Positions 38,468-52,100 of a stretch of 64,000 nucleotides of DNA are shown in pieces. Location: positions 5,574,898-5,638,897 of the forward strand of contig OZ199839.1 in the NCBI GenBank assembly GCA_964304625.1, written 5' to 3'. The translations under genes were made by a program, and so were the position numbers. The notes beneath the pieces are model-generated. The model did no database searches. It saw only the letters and a list, made by a program, of their open reading frames with translations, and was not told where the DNA came from. Origin of the DNA: Kudoa neothunni (lineage: Eukaryota > Animalia > Cnidaria). The stretch's first letter is position 1; each line of letters starts with the position of its first letter.

Positions 38468-41400
38468 TTTCCGTATCGCGAATTAACGAAGAATATGTGT
38501 TTTATATATTACTTTAAATAGATTAATACATTGGATTAGATATTTATTGGTTCCTATTCAATTCTTTAAACTGAAACTCGGAAGTTTCGTGAAAATAATA
38601 ACCATTCATAAATTAACTTCTTTCATGAATGGATATTGATTTTATTATCTCTCTCCGTTATTATTTTAAATTTTCTTTTTTATTATTACAAAAAAATTCT
38701 TAAAAAAATCGGAGTTAATTTCTAGTAATCGTGAAGGAAATAATTTTTATTTTTAGTTAATACATCAAAACAATAATATTGCTAACATATATATATATAT
38801 ATATATATATAATGTAACATCAAATTTCGACCATGGTTCATTCTAGAAACGTGTTTGTACTCCGAATAATTTTTCCAATGCAAAATAATTAAAATTGGTA
38901 TAATCTGTTATCGCGCATCAAAAAAATTATTTTTATTCTTATTTATGTAAGCAGAAATTATATCTTTAATTATAAAACAGAATAAAAAATGAATATATAT
39001 ATATTTAGCTATTATGCGTTAAATTCAACGGGCCTCTGTGGAACAAAGGAAAAAAGGTTACTCTTTCGATAAGAGGTGCATGATTTGATTGAGAGATGTT
39101 TCAAAAATATTTTTAATCCAGTTGGATATTCTTCTGAGCTACCCTTTCTATTTTTGTTGTTAGAAATATGATGACTGTTTTTCCTTGGTGTTAGAAATTC
39201 TCTAAAGAATTGTTTAACCGAATCGTTAAAAATTTCGACTGTTCCATTCAGCAACACTGTATCCTTGTAATACATAGTCTCAAAAAACCTCATTTAATCT
39301 CACCCAGAACACACTTTTTATGATTGAACTTCATCTTCTTCCTTAACCCTTCCAGATGAATTTTTTTAAACAAATTCTTTTGCTACTTATGTCGTAAATG
39401 TAGCAGCTCACTAGTAATTATTTCGGCCTAATGATCCCCACTAACTCCTCGATGTCGTCATTTTTTACTTGTCTTCTCGTAATTATTCCCGTAGAAAATA
39501 ATATTTCAACGAGATAATTTTAAGTGATGGGAGTATCTGAAACTCTTTCAAAGTAACGTTCTGTTATACACTCCGACCTTTGTTGTATGCATGCTAAAAT
39601 CAAGGTTCGGAACGTCACCTGACTCCAAGCAGTGCCAATAAGATAAACTCAATTTAAATGGAAAAATTTTCTTCAAAATAAATCCATCAAATATTCTTTA
39701 AATAAACAAGTTGGGCAAGAACGATGTCCCTTATTACCCTTAGTAATTCTTATTTATAGTCGATTAGTAACTTATTTTTCAGAATTACTTTAATTGATTA
39801 TTTATGGCCCATAATCACCTCTGCTAAATACCAAAAATAATAAAATACAATCAATAAAATGGGTGGCCAGTTTTTCGTAGTCATCTCGTTCGTACTTTTC
39901 AAAAAAAGATTTGTTTTATTAATTTTTTAAAAAGATACATAATATTATTTTATAATGGAAAGCATCAAATGAATGAAAAAAAATTGAATTATAATTAATC
40001 GTGATTAGTTTGTACTCGTTTTTCGTAATAATAGAAAAATGAGCGATGAAAAGATCAGTTAATACAAGGCATATATGAGAGAAGTATTAAATAATCATCA
40101 AAACGTGATTTTATATACGTTTAGAGCAATGACTACTACCGATCACCACTTTAAGTTATCTATTTTTTTAACTAACAGTACGGAATAATCAATATTCCAA
40201 AATTCCTTCATTCGAAAATGATATACATTATATTTTAAAGGTTCTAAAAAATTAAAAATGATTAACTATTTAAACTAAAATAATACAAGTTTTATTAATA
40301 ATGTTTGTTTTAATATTTGACTATAAAATAGGAAGTGGCTATATCTCAGGGAATGAATATCTCTAAAACTACTGTATATATTTTATTAATACTTATTTAT
40401 TATATACTAACTTATTTTTCTATATGTTATGGACAGATTTGAAGAATATTAAATTTTTAGTAGTACAATTACCCTGAGTCCATCAATAATCTAGTGTAAT
40501 CATCATATAATTTTAATTACTTCGATAAATAAAGCAGTATCCCCCTTTTAGATTTGTCTACATTAATAATTAATTTTTCGCTTGGAAGTTACATTGGCTT
40601 CCATAGTATTCTTTCGGGTTGGAATGTTAAAAGATGAGTTTTAGCACATTTATATTTGGAATATGTTTTGTTCCCTTCGAGGATCTTTGTATTGGCATAA
40701 TAAGATGTGAATTATTAAGTTTTGATTGTCACAAACATTATCCTTCATTTCTAAAAGTTGTGTATTCATCGGTGGATAAAGTCTAATGGAAAGAGGTTTT
40801 TAACATGGTTTATAAAATAGAAAATAACCAACAAACTCTTTTAACTATTATTGACAGTAAAAAAATGTGAAATCAAAATAAATTCAGACAAAACTTACAA
40901 TAAAACCAAGTTTATCGATGGTGATAGTTAATAAACTTATGAATTTTGTGAGGAACTTTTTAGTAATAATAATAATGATAATAATCTATAAGGTGTATTA
41001 TTCTACCGGGTAGAATAACTAAGACTCATGATGACGTTTTTATCGTTCGTTTCCTCAATAAATGTGATGATTTGTTGGCGAGTGAAATATTTACAATATA
41101 ATATAGCTGAAGATATATGTGACAATAAAGAAAAAAGAAATGTTTTATGGCGTAATTTCCGATAATGAGAATTAGGAGACCCCTGTTGATTTAATATGGA
41201 TCTCATCTAATAAAATCACGAAGTTTGGTACAAATAATGAATTGAAATCTCATAAGGAACAATTAAATAATAACGATAGAGCTGAAAATAGCATAGAACA
41301 GCCACTATTAAAAGATAACGTTAAAATATTATTATTGTTGTTGGATTATTAAACCTCGGAGTTTCACGGAAATTAGTGTCAATGGAACGTCAGGAGGAAG

Positions 41401-41994
41401 TCATATATCAACAATTGGGGATATAAGATATACAAAAATACTATATTATATCAATAAACCGACAACTTAAATATCAAACATGAAATTTACTTTATGCATA
41501 TGAAAACTGTTAAATTTTATGATTTCTACCTCGCATGTTCACTCATCATACGTCCCATTTCAGTTAGAAATACAATATGATAAAAATATTATTAAAATTA
41601 TTTGTGTTTAAAAATGAAAAATTTTAAATTTATCCAAATTTTTATAAATATAAGATAATTATGCTATTTTATTGATACACCTAGGGTGGTTACGGTTACA
41701 TTACTAAAAATTTATTATTACTCAAATTTTTCCAAAACCTACAGAAAATTAAGTTTTTAAAATATGAGATAATATATATAAATATTAATAAAATATGTGC
41801 AGTAGTTTTGGAGATATTTATTCCCTGAGATATAACCAGTACCTAATTAAAATTTGGTCTATTTGCCACAATGAATATTTTCGTTTCAACAAAAAAAATA
41901 AACGAGTTACTGATTCTAAATTATTTCAGAGGTTAACTAAAATTTGTTTGCATTTTAATCGATCTCACACATGCGCAATCATTAACATTAAAAA

Positions 41995-44900
41995 ATGACT
42001 GGAAGAACATTACTTTCTACTATAGGCGCAATGAAAAAATGTGAATTTGTCAGTAAAATTATTAATCTCAAAAAAAAGTCAAATGGAAGTTTCAAGTTAA
42101 TTTTGGATATAAATAAAAGTGGAATAAATCGAAAAAAAAGTTATCTGGACAACTTTCATAGAATTTTAGCTGAAACATTATCTTTATATCATCAGCAAGT
42201 GAGTTGTTTGATTGATTTTGAAACAAAGATGGAACTGACCACACAAACTGAGTTGTTTTCTGCTGTGAATGAGGATTGTGTTGGAAGTGGGATGAAAGCA
42301 CTTCGATATAGAGTGGAGAACGATTGTTTAACGCATAAAAAAATCGCTGTCGGTGGTACATTTGATCGGTTTCATTACGGTCATTTGTTGTTGCTGACCA
42401 CGGCGTGTGTATTATGTGAGGACACTGTTCACATTGGGATCACATCGGACCAATACATTAAAGACAAATATCTGAGCGAGATAATCGAGCCTTACAACGT
42501 GAGGAAACAGAAAGTGGAAGATTTTGTCAGCCGATTTCCGGGTAGTTGCAAGTTGCATGCGTGTTATATTCTAATAACTCGACGTTAAGTGAACTACATA
42601 ATACAACCATTGAGTGATTCTGCTGGTGTTGCTGGCAGTTGTTCTGAATTAACAGCGTTGGTGTTGACCTCTGAAACCGAACACAGTATCGAACTGATAG
42701 AATCTTTGCGAAAATCCAACAATCTACCTCCTCTTTCTTATTACATTATTGACAATATTATTGCACCCAACAAATCATTGACTGAAATAAGTCAGATGGA
42801 CAAGCTAAGCAGTTCATTGTTGAGATTTAACGATTTGGGGAAATTAATCAAACCACCCACCATACCTCGTACATATGATGGAATGGTGTTGAAGGATGGG
42901 GACATCAAAAATGGTGTCCCTTATTTGATTGGTGTTACTGGATGTATAGCCAGTGGGAAATCGAGTGTTTGTAAGCGGTTTCAACGAACAGCCCAAAATT
43001 TGGGTGGATGGTCAATTTCTGTTATCGATTGCGATATGCTCGCCCACAAATCCTATCAATTTGGCAAACCATGTTACTACGAGTTGTTAGAGTGTTTCTC
43101 GGATGATGCCAATGTAATTGAGTGTTACAGTTGGCATTATTTCAACAACTCTTTAGAATATTATCAACCCACAAACAAGAGAGATTGATCGCCCTGCGTT
43201 GGGTCGAATTATTTTCAACGATAGTGATAAACGTGAATTGTTAAATAAAATCGTGTGGAAATATGTTTTGCAAATGATGTTGGAGGAGATCCAAACTTGT
43301 GGATCACAAATTTGTTTAGTGGAGGCAGCATTTATGTTGGAGGCAGGAAGAGAATCATTTTTCAACGAGGTGAGTATATTTTGTCTACTACTGATAATTA
43401 ATGCTTCCAGTTTTAATGATTTAAATTTGAAACCTTCGTTTGATACGAGAATTGATCCGTTAATTAATGATTAGCGATAAACTAGAATTTAATAAGATTT
43501 TTACTGTTAAATGTTTTTGTTTATTGTCATTTTTGTTAATTACATTTTATAATTTTTAATGTTAATGAGTTTGTACAGCTAATTCATTAAAAATACTGTT
43601 GTTTAATGTGTCGTTAAAATTCGGAATAATTAATATTAATTTTTGGATTAATTAATGCAACTAAAAACTACATTCTTTAAGACTTTTGATCCATTTTAAA
43701 TTTTATGGATTAATATATCCTCGCAAGCGTATTAGTTTTTACTTTTGTTATGGTTTCTGCGAGTCATCATCTTCGAATGAAATAATCTCACCAAATTATG
43801 CTTACTTTATTTAAGTAAATTGTTGTTGTAAATTTTCTTAATTAAAAATGTTGTGTTATATTTCAATGTAATGATTTTTATTATTATGGGACATAATTGC
43901 AAGAATTTAACATCTGCGCGCGATTAATTTAATTAACTAAATTAATTACTTAAAATAATTTTATGTTATAGTTAAATATATATTAATAAGAGTATCGAAT
44001 TAAATTATAGTAAAATTTTTAACTATAAATCATTCAAATGCATCCTATCTTCTGTTTATTTAATAGTTATTTTAAATAAACAGAAGAAAAATACACTGCT
44101 ATTGTTGATATGGGTAAATTTAATTACTTTATTTTTAATTCAAAACTCTAATCATTTTTTGGTTGATTTTGTCCATACGGTCAGAAATATTTATTTATTT
44201 ATTTGACCATAAGGTTAACAATATTATTCAAAATAAAAAATCCAGAAGTTTCAATAATTTTTTAACATGTTTTCGTCATTTGCAATTTCAGGAGGGGAAA
44301 TTAAATTATGAGGACGAATCTTCGTACATCGTTCGAAAGCAGATCGAGAAGTTAGCAAAAATTTTGAATTTCTATCCATAACAAATATTTAAAGTCTCAT
44401 CCGATGTCCCTTCTCTATCGTTACAATTACTCCCCTTTCACAGAGATTTTTCTGGAATGAGTCCTCTGATTGGTAATCATTAAAATTTGAGAATTCTCTA
44501 TTAATTTTTCGACACCGTCGAACATATAGTTGAAATTCTTTTCGAGAATAAGCGTATATTACTGAAAATAAATAAAAACTAGATTTTATTAGACACGCAG
44601 TGCCGCCCCAGGCCTGACTATTCTGACTATTCTATTCTGACTATTCTATTCTGACTATTCTGAATATTTTGACTACTCTGACTACTGTTAATTTATTAAT
44701 TTTCGTTAATCCACTATCGGCGTGTTTAAAATCATATCATTTGTTTTTAATAATTAGAATATAAATAATTACTATTTAAACCTATAAATAAACAATTAAG
44801 AGATTAATAAGGTTGATTTAGTGATAACATTGTGTATTACATATATTTGCAATATTACTACATCATATTTCAATTTTTTCGCTATTCTGAAACTTTCAAA

Positions 44901-46087
44901 CATTATACAGGTATTAAAAAAATTCGTAAATCCTGTGCAGACAGACTTGTAATGAAAAATATAATATTAAAGAATTCGATATTCGATATATCCCACGTTT
45001 AGTACGTAGAGTTAGTTCAGCTTCTCATAATTTGTTCACAATAAACTCTCTATAATGCGTATGCGTAGGTTTTGAGGGCTATAAAAAATTACTAAAATCT
45101 AAATGCGGGCGCACAATTGATACAAATAATAATTTTACAAAAAATATTCGTTAACTTTTTTACATTTTACCCAAATTTAAACTATCTAAATTGATTTCGG
45201 ATTAATATATTATCATTATAATGTTAAAATTATCAAAAATACGCTAAAATATAACTAATTTCGCAGTATCACATCAACATTATACTATACTATACTTAAT
45301 GTTTCTTTTTCGTATATGGACTAATTTAATATAGTTTACAACTTTTTGTCATAATTAATTTTAAATAGTTGTTATTTTTCAAACCGTATTATGGCAGAAT
45401 TAACAAGGAATTAATTTTAATCCGTATATATTAGTTTCGTGTTATTTTGATATACGTGTTTCTCTCCTATGCTACAACCTAACATTTGAATTTCATATAC
45501 AACAACCAGTGTAAAAATTATTTTTGTTTGCTATAGAAAACTTGAACTTAGAGTTAGTACAACTGAGATTCGCGCGCATATTTTTATAAAAAAAATTAAA
45601 TATTCGCCCAATAAACTCGGATTTGAATTTTATATTGCTAGGCATAATCTACAACATATATCACACCCATCCAAATAACTAGCTGAGGCTAATCTCACGA
45701 CAAAATAACTATTATTATCTACTATATAAATCTAACCGAAAATAATTAAATATAATATCTATCGATTTTTATTAATATCAATCATCCAAACAAACAAACA
45801 AACAAACGGTCAAGTCACATTTCAACTTTATTTATATCAATCTGAACAAATATTTATAGATTTGGGTCACGTGGTGAAGCGAAAAAGAAGCTATTGCTCG
45901 AATAACAGCCAGAAATAAAGACCTAACTGAGGAATTTGCTCGTAAAAAGTTTTTAGCATCCCAACTATTGATGACCAACCAACAGAAAATTCAACACGCT
46001 CACGTCCTCATCTCCACCATCCACACAGAGCAAATCACCGAGAAGATTATAGATAGGATTTATTTAGAGGCATCAGCCTATTTTTAA
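41995..46087 (+). CDS. COASY: Bifunctional coenzyme A synthase (PPAT + dephospho-CoA kinase)
   Basis: VGGTFDRFHYGH (HxGH), KLSSS, GVTGCIASGKS (P-loop), IDCD and IDRPALGRIIF. Introns at 42542-42588, ~43114-43156 and 43370-45859. The last exon contains an in-frame TGA at 45875. Start is uncertain. Confidence 0.92.
44614..44686. repeat. CTGACTATT/CTATT minisatellite in the COASY intron
   Basis: Direct tandem units visible in the sequence. Confidence 0.8.
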
Positions 46088-46118
46088 CGAAAATTGTTTT
46101 AAATATATTTTGTATTTG

Positions 46119-46129
46119 TGCGCATGCGT
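46119..46129. promoter_or_regulatory. NRF1-like GCGCATGCG motif just upstream of the RIC1 ATG
   Basis: Matches the NRF1/EWG consensus core. A related GCGCATGC overlaps the TUBGCP4 start at ~60115-60122. Function is inferred. Confidence 0.35.
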
Positions 46130-46140
46130 TGTAATTCGCT

Positions 46141-49100
46141 ATGTTGTACCCCTATGGTTCGTGGAAGGTGTACGAAGTGCACTCCCACAACCACAACATA
46201 GTTCGCCCACAGTTATCACTTCCCAATGATGAGATAGTTGACATTAGGTATAGTCGAGGTAAAAATTATCTCGCAGTTCTTACCAAAACAATGTTTACCG
46301 TGTGGAAAAACTGAAAGTATGTGCTAATGGGGATTTGTGTGGTGGTGGTGGTAGTAGCTTAGGATGTGATTATGAGGATGTTGCATTTAGCCGAGACTTC
46401 AAATAATGACTCTCACCAGAGATCACACATTTATCGAAACTTTTGGATTTCATTTAATGTTGTGTGGAAAGTGGATGCCACAATGATTGTTATAGTGGGT
46501 AGGGCATTAAAATATTACACAGAAATATTGCAGAAAATAACAAAATCTATTTAAGACCGATGAAGGATGGTTCTACTGTACCGGATTATGATTAATACCA
46601 ATGAGAAACTGTATCAACACATTTTCCGATTCATCAGAGTACAACCAAAGATTGATTGCTGGTAGATTTTGTATTGAGTTTAGTTGTGAGCAGGGATATC
46701 AACCGATTTTCTTCATTTGGTTACCCATGTTCCGTCTTCCCGCGCTTCCAACTAGGTATTTCTTTCTCCGGAGAGAATAATACAATCATCCTAATCACTT
46801 TTTTCAAGCATTATCTCCAGAAAAGAATCCTTTCTAATCAGCACCAACCAAGGTACCTAGAAGCTATGGCTTGGCCTTCAAGCGATGGTCTCATCCATCA
46901 TAACACTTCCTCCATTCGATCGACTTCCAAAGAACAAAATGGTATCCATTTCGACTGATTTTTGTGATCAATTTTAAGTTTTCGAATTTGGTAGGTGATG
47001 TTTATTCGAATGTGTGTATTGTGTCGAGTGATACCAGCCCATGGACTGGATACATTGGATTTGTATTCGATTCGGGCAAATGTGGCCTCATCACATCCCG
47101 GTCGACCACATTGATAACATTTTTGGCGATACGAGATATAATTTTATTTTTGATCGATGATGTGGATGATGCCACAAAAATATGTGTCAACAGTCGGTTC
47201 CAATTTTATAACTGTTGTTGTAGGAGGTAAGTGTTTACAATTTACTCGCGTCCCTGCGATGTTATTGAAAAATTATTCACTGATATTTCAATGGATATTG
47301 GGTTGAAACACTATTCTTTTTTAATCCATCTTATAGATTATATAGAAGTGTTGAGGGGGGGGGGGGATTCAAAAATTTGTTAATCTTTAATCTTATTCTT
47401 CCATTTTCGGGGGCTGTCTCGTGAGTTCCTCAAATATTATATTTCAGTAAGCGCTTTAAAAGTTAGGTGTGATTAAATTCGGATCGACCCGCTCATATTA
47501 AGTAAAACTCTCCAAATAATACTCGAGTCACCCCAATGGTTTTTTGTTTTAGTGAGTGGTAGCTAGATCATGATGTTATTTGAAAGAATAAATAATTATA
47601 AGTCTCGCCATTATTAGAATTTAGAGTTAAGATTTATTGAAATTCATTCGTTGAGGTTAGGGATCAATTACTTGATATTTCCACCCTTTGTTTGAAAATT
47701 AATTTGAAATGAACCTATTCAAGAATCCACAATATATTTGATGACAATATAATTAATATTAATATTTAAAGATAAATTAGGATTATATAATTAATAATTT
47801 TTCATTATTAAGGAAATCTAACAATATTAAGGTAAAATATTGGATTCATCAAGAGGGATCTTAGTTTTCGATTAAAATCGATTTGATTCGTCTAATTTTT
47901 TGAAGAGGGGTAGTAGTCGGAGAGAAATTGATAGGTTTCTTGTTGAATAGTTCGTCATATAGAAATAGATGGTGGAAAACGAATTAGGCTAGAAATATTA
48001 CAAATTGAAATTGTGTAGTTATCTCTACCTACAACCAATTAGATTTTATAAGCACAATTCAATCAAAGAAACATATTTGGTTAAAAAAACATTTCAAAGC
48101 ACTTCTTCTCTGCTACTTATTTTTTTAATGCTAGGAAATGGCGAAATTAAAAAATATTTCTTTAATGTTTCTGCTTTCGGTTGTCCTTAAACCGTCAACC
48201 GACGCTATTTTTATGAGAAATTTTTTTTTAATTTACGTAAATCAAGATCAAGATATCAATATTGCGCCTGCGCGATTTTTAAAGTGGTCGAAATTAAACG
48301 GCGATTTTATTCGTTGGTTTTTTTTCTAAAACGAAAGCGCGAATACGACAACCCTGTTGATAATTAAGACAACTTTGGAATTGATTTAAAAATATTAGTG
48401 ACAACAATCTTTTCTTTATATTATTTACAAATTGATTGGTGTAGTTAACACTTTGAGGACTACCTTAAGTTCCACGAGTCCACGCATTTGATTATTTCTA
48501 AAATATATTTTTGTTAAACAAATTTGTTATATTTTATGTATTTTTCCAGAATTTCACCTATTTTAAAAAATATATTATTGTCGATTATTGCAATAAATTG
48601 GTAAAAGTTTCAAATTTATACTCAAAATACGACCAACGTAACAAAAAAATAATATAGATGGGGTGAGGAACCTATGGTTGCCCTCTAAGGGTTAATGTTT
48701 CGATATTTTTAATTTAGAATCTTGTAGGATTCAATAGGATTAAAATTTCATTAAGTAACCTTATTTTACATTTTATCAAATAAATTACAGGTTTTATAAT
48801 ATATTTCAGAATAATTATATTATTTTGAGATATTTAAGTCAAACTGAATTATAGTAAGATGGAAAATGGGAATAATATTGGAACACGTGATCAACTCATT
48901 TTATGTATTTTATTGGTGGATTTTGTTAATTGATTAACGATTTTATTCGCAGCGATTATTTTAAACCAAAACAAACACATTATTGATAAATATAAAATAA
49001 TATTGTAATGGAATTGAGATTATTATTTTAATTTTACATATCATAAATTAACACTCGAAATGGATTTTGACAAAATAATGAGACACTGTTTAAAAATTAT

Positions 49101-52100
49101 GAATATTAATTAGTTTACCTGATTTAATGAATATAGAAATATTTATATTTTTGATTTACACGTTTATAACTGGATTTTATTATTGGAAAAACATTAGACG
49201 CTGCCTACAACAAAATACTTGGAGTTAAATTAAAAAAAGAAGATTATATCTTTACATAGGGTTAATTTTTATTTTATTTAATAAATCGCAAAATATGTAA
49301 TAAATAAAACTCAGCAAAATTTTAATTACTCAATATTCATTATGTATTTTATTCTAATATTGGTATTAGAGACTATTTTTGAATGCTATGGTCCTTTATC
49401 GTAACATACAATCGCCATAGAACTTTCGGATAAAAAAGTTTACCCGCCTTTTTATATATCGATTTTCTAATAATCGCTACATTGATGTAATATCAAAAAA
49501 TTTTAAATCCCTATATTATAAACAATTTGTCACAACATTCTTTTTATGTATACATATATATTACATAGATGTAGAAATTTATAATATAATTCTACTTTTG
49601 AGCTCAATGACCCCTCACTTATAATTTTGTTTTTTATGATAAAAATACTCCATAAGCTTATTATTATTATTATTATTATTATGTTCACATTAGAAATTTT
49701 GTGTTAAATTTTATATTTAAATTATATAATTGTTAAAATGTTGATTCCACATATGAATAAATATCACGAAAGCTTAAAATGGGTCATGTGATTTTTACAA
49801 CTTTTATCTTCACATTTACATAAATTGATATTTAATATTAATCATATGTCGGTCTCTAATAGAAGACATTTAAAGAATATTTTCCCTCATTGTATCTTAA
49901 ATTATTTTTATCTTTGGTTTTCCATAGAAAAAAAATACGTTGCATAATTGACTTCCTTCGTTTATTGTTTATTTAATGAATTTTACCAATATTGTTTCTA
50001 TGAAGGAAAATTAAATAGTTCGTCAAATTTTTGTGTCGATTTGTTTTGTAGTCTAAACTGTTAAAAACTTGGATTAAATATTTTTTTTATTTAGTAAAGT
50101 AACTAATCTTTTTCTCTTTTTTTAATTAAAATATATTTTTTACAAAATTTTTTCTAAATAATTATAAATTCATAATAATAGTGATTTTTTTGACCCCTTG
50201 AGTTGATGCGGTTAATTGTTGTTGTTGTTGTTGTTTGTTGTTGTTGTTGTTGCGGGTTAATGTTTAATTCAATTTTTATTTGCTTAGTGGCAAAATAAAA
50301 AGCTACAGATTTGACGACAAAACGCAAAAATCTCCTATTCACATACAAATGACTCCTCAAACCGAGCAGCAAATCTTTCAAATATTAATTCTACCCATAT
50401 GGGTAACAATTATAAGTTAACTCCTTCAATAACATTGAATTTTTAAAGGCGCCGTAAAGATTCTTTGTTGGTGCCCCGATTTCACTATTCTTGCCTCGTG
50501 TTGGGAGTCGGGGCATGTAGCCCTCTGGACTACTTTTGGAAGTTTAATTAATTTTGTTACTTTGGGGTATTTTAAAACAGGAACGATTTATTCAAATATT
50601 TTATTATTCTCTAGGAACACCTTCCTTGGCAACAATCCATTTACAATTAACACCATGGTTTGTATTATTGGTTTGTAGTTTTAAATTCTATCCGACTGCT
50701 TAGGATTGGGGGTATCGACAGTCATTATCTCACAATACATGTTATCGTTGATAACGTTCACTCCACTCAATCTAAAAACCAACACTTTTATGAACTTTCC
50801 TTTGTGAAATTTGATCAAACAGTTGCCGATTTGGGTTTTCCTTCATGGTTTTAACTATGTTTTGGTGAGCCAAATGAAAAAAAATGTCACACTATCAAGG
50901 AAAATATCAGAAAAAGCACAATATTTCTCATAACAGTTGGTTTGTGCTTAATTTGCCCGAGTTCTATCAACTACACGACATCCACATAAAAACTGTAGCG
51001 GTTGACGTAAAATCGTTGAATGTAGCAGTGGCCTGTGATAGAGGGTATCTAGTTTACAATTGGGACACCCAAAAATGGCTTAATTCTACTCTAAATCGAC
51101 AACCCTCAGAAACTCTGGTCAATAATTCGTGTGTGTGTTGGTGGCAAGGAGTTTTATTGTTGTCGGTTCTCTACAGTGACACTCCAAACAAATCCCATCT
51201 GTTATGTCATATCATCAACTCGAAGACCAATGACAATATAGAAATCGTTAAAGAATTTGATTGTGTGAGCGTTTTTCAACAGATCTATCAGAACAACAAA
51301 TTGATAATTTTTGGAATGGATTCCAAAGTGCGTATTTTTGATTTGGAAATGATATACCGATAATTCGGATCCTTTGTTGAAAAAAAATGTTTCTCTTGTG
51401 GAAGAGAAAGTTATTTCACTTGTTGAGATCGTTCCTCATCCTCTCACTCTCATTGATCTGCAATTATATTCGCAAAACTTATATAACACCGCCTCACCTG
51501 TAAATAACCCCCCCACATGAGGTTAGTGGTAATTTGTCCAACGAGCAATTTAAATCCACCATATCTTTGAATTCAGCGTCGTCATCTAGATTTTCTCATT
51601 ATCTTCTGTTGAATATAAGTGGAAATTTGCACAGTGTGTGCGTTAGCGACGACAACTTCATTGATTTGGAACGTTGCCAAATTATAAAGAACTTTGTCGA
51701 GTCATTCTGGATATTTGAGAATTTTAGATGGTACTTTTGTGGATGGAAAGGAATCCAAGTAGCTCAGTAGATGGTGAAACGATTATTCATACTTTTGATT
51801 CTTAGTTTTATGTTCCTAAAAATGCCGATATTTTGGTGGCTGACGATAAAACAACTTCACCAAATGAATTATCTATTCATGTAAATATCCCTAACACATT
51901 CCTATATCCAATAAGTATGTGTTTTTTCGTGCGAGAATTTGTAACTAAAGAAATTTTTGATGGTTGATAATATGTAGAATTCAACACTAATACTATGTTG
52001 ATTCATGCCATTGAAGCGATATCGATGGCGACAACTGTCTGCCAATATACAAACTAAATAATACGGTACATATATACATTTATTTTTAGACTCGTAACTA

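Noticed and set aside
39012-39640. 93-aa ORF and decayed coding-like sequence
   Set aside because: Probably a TE remnant, but I found no diagnostic motif or TIR pair.
40540-41960. Possible small exons on either strand upstream of COASY
   Set aside because: They could not be spliced into a consistent frame and show no recognisable homology.
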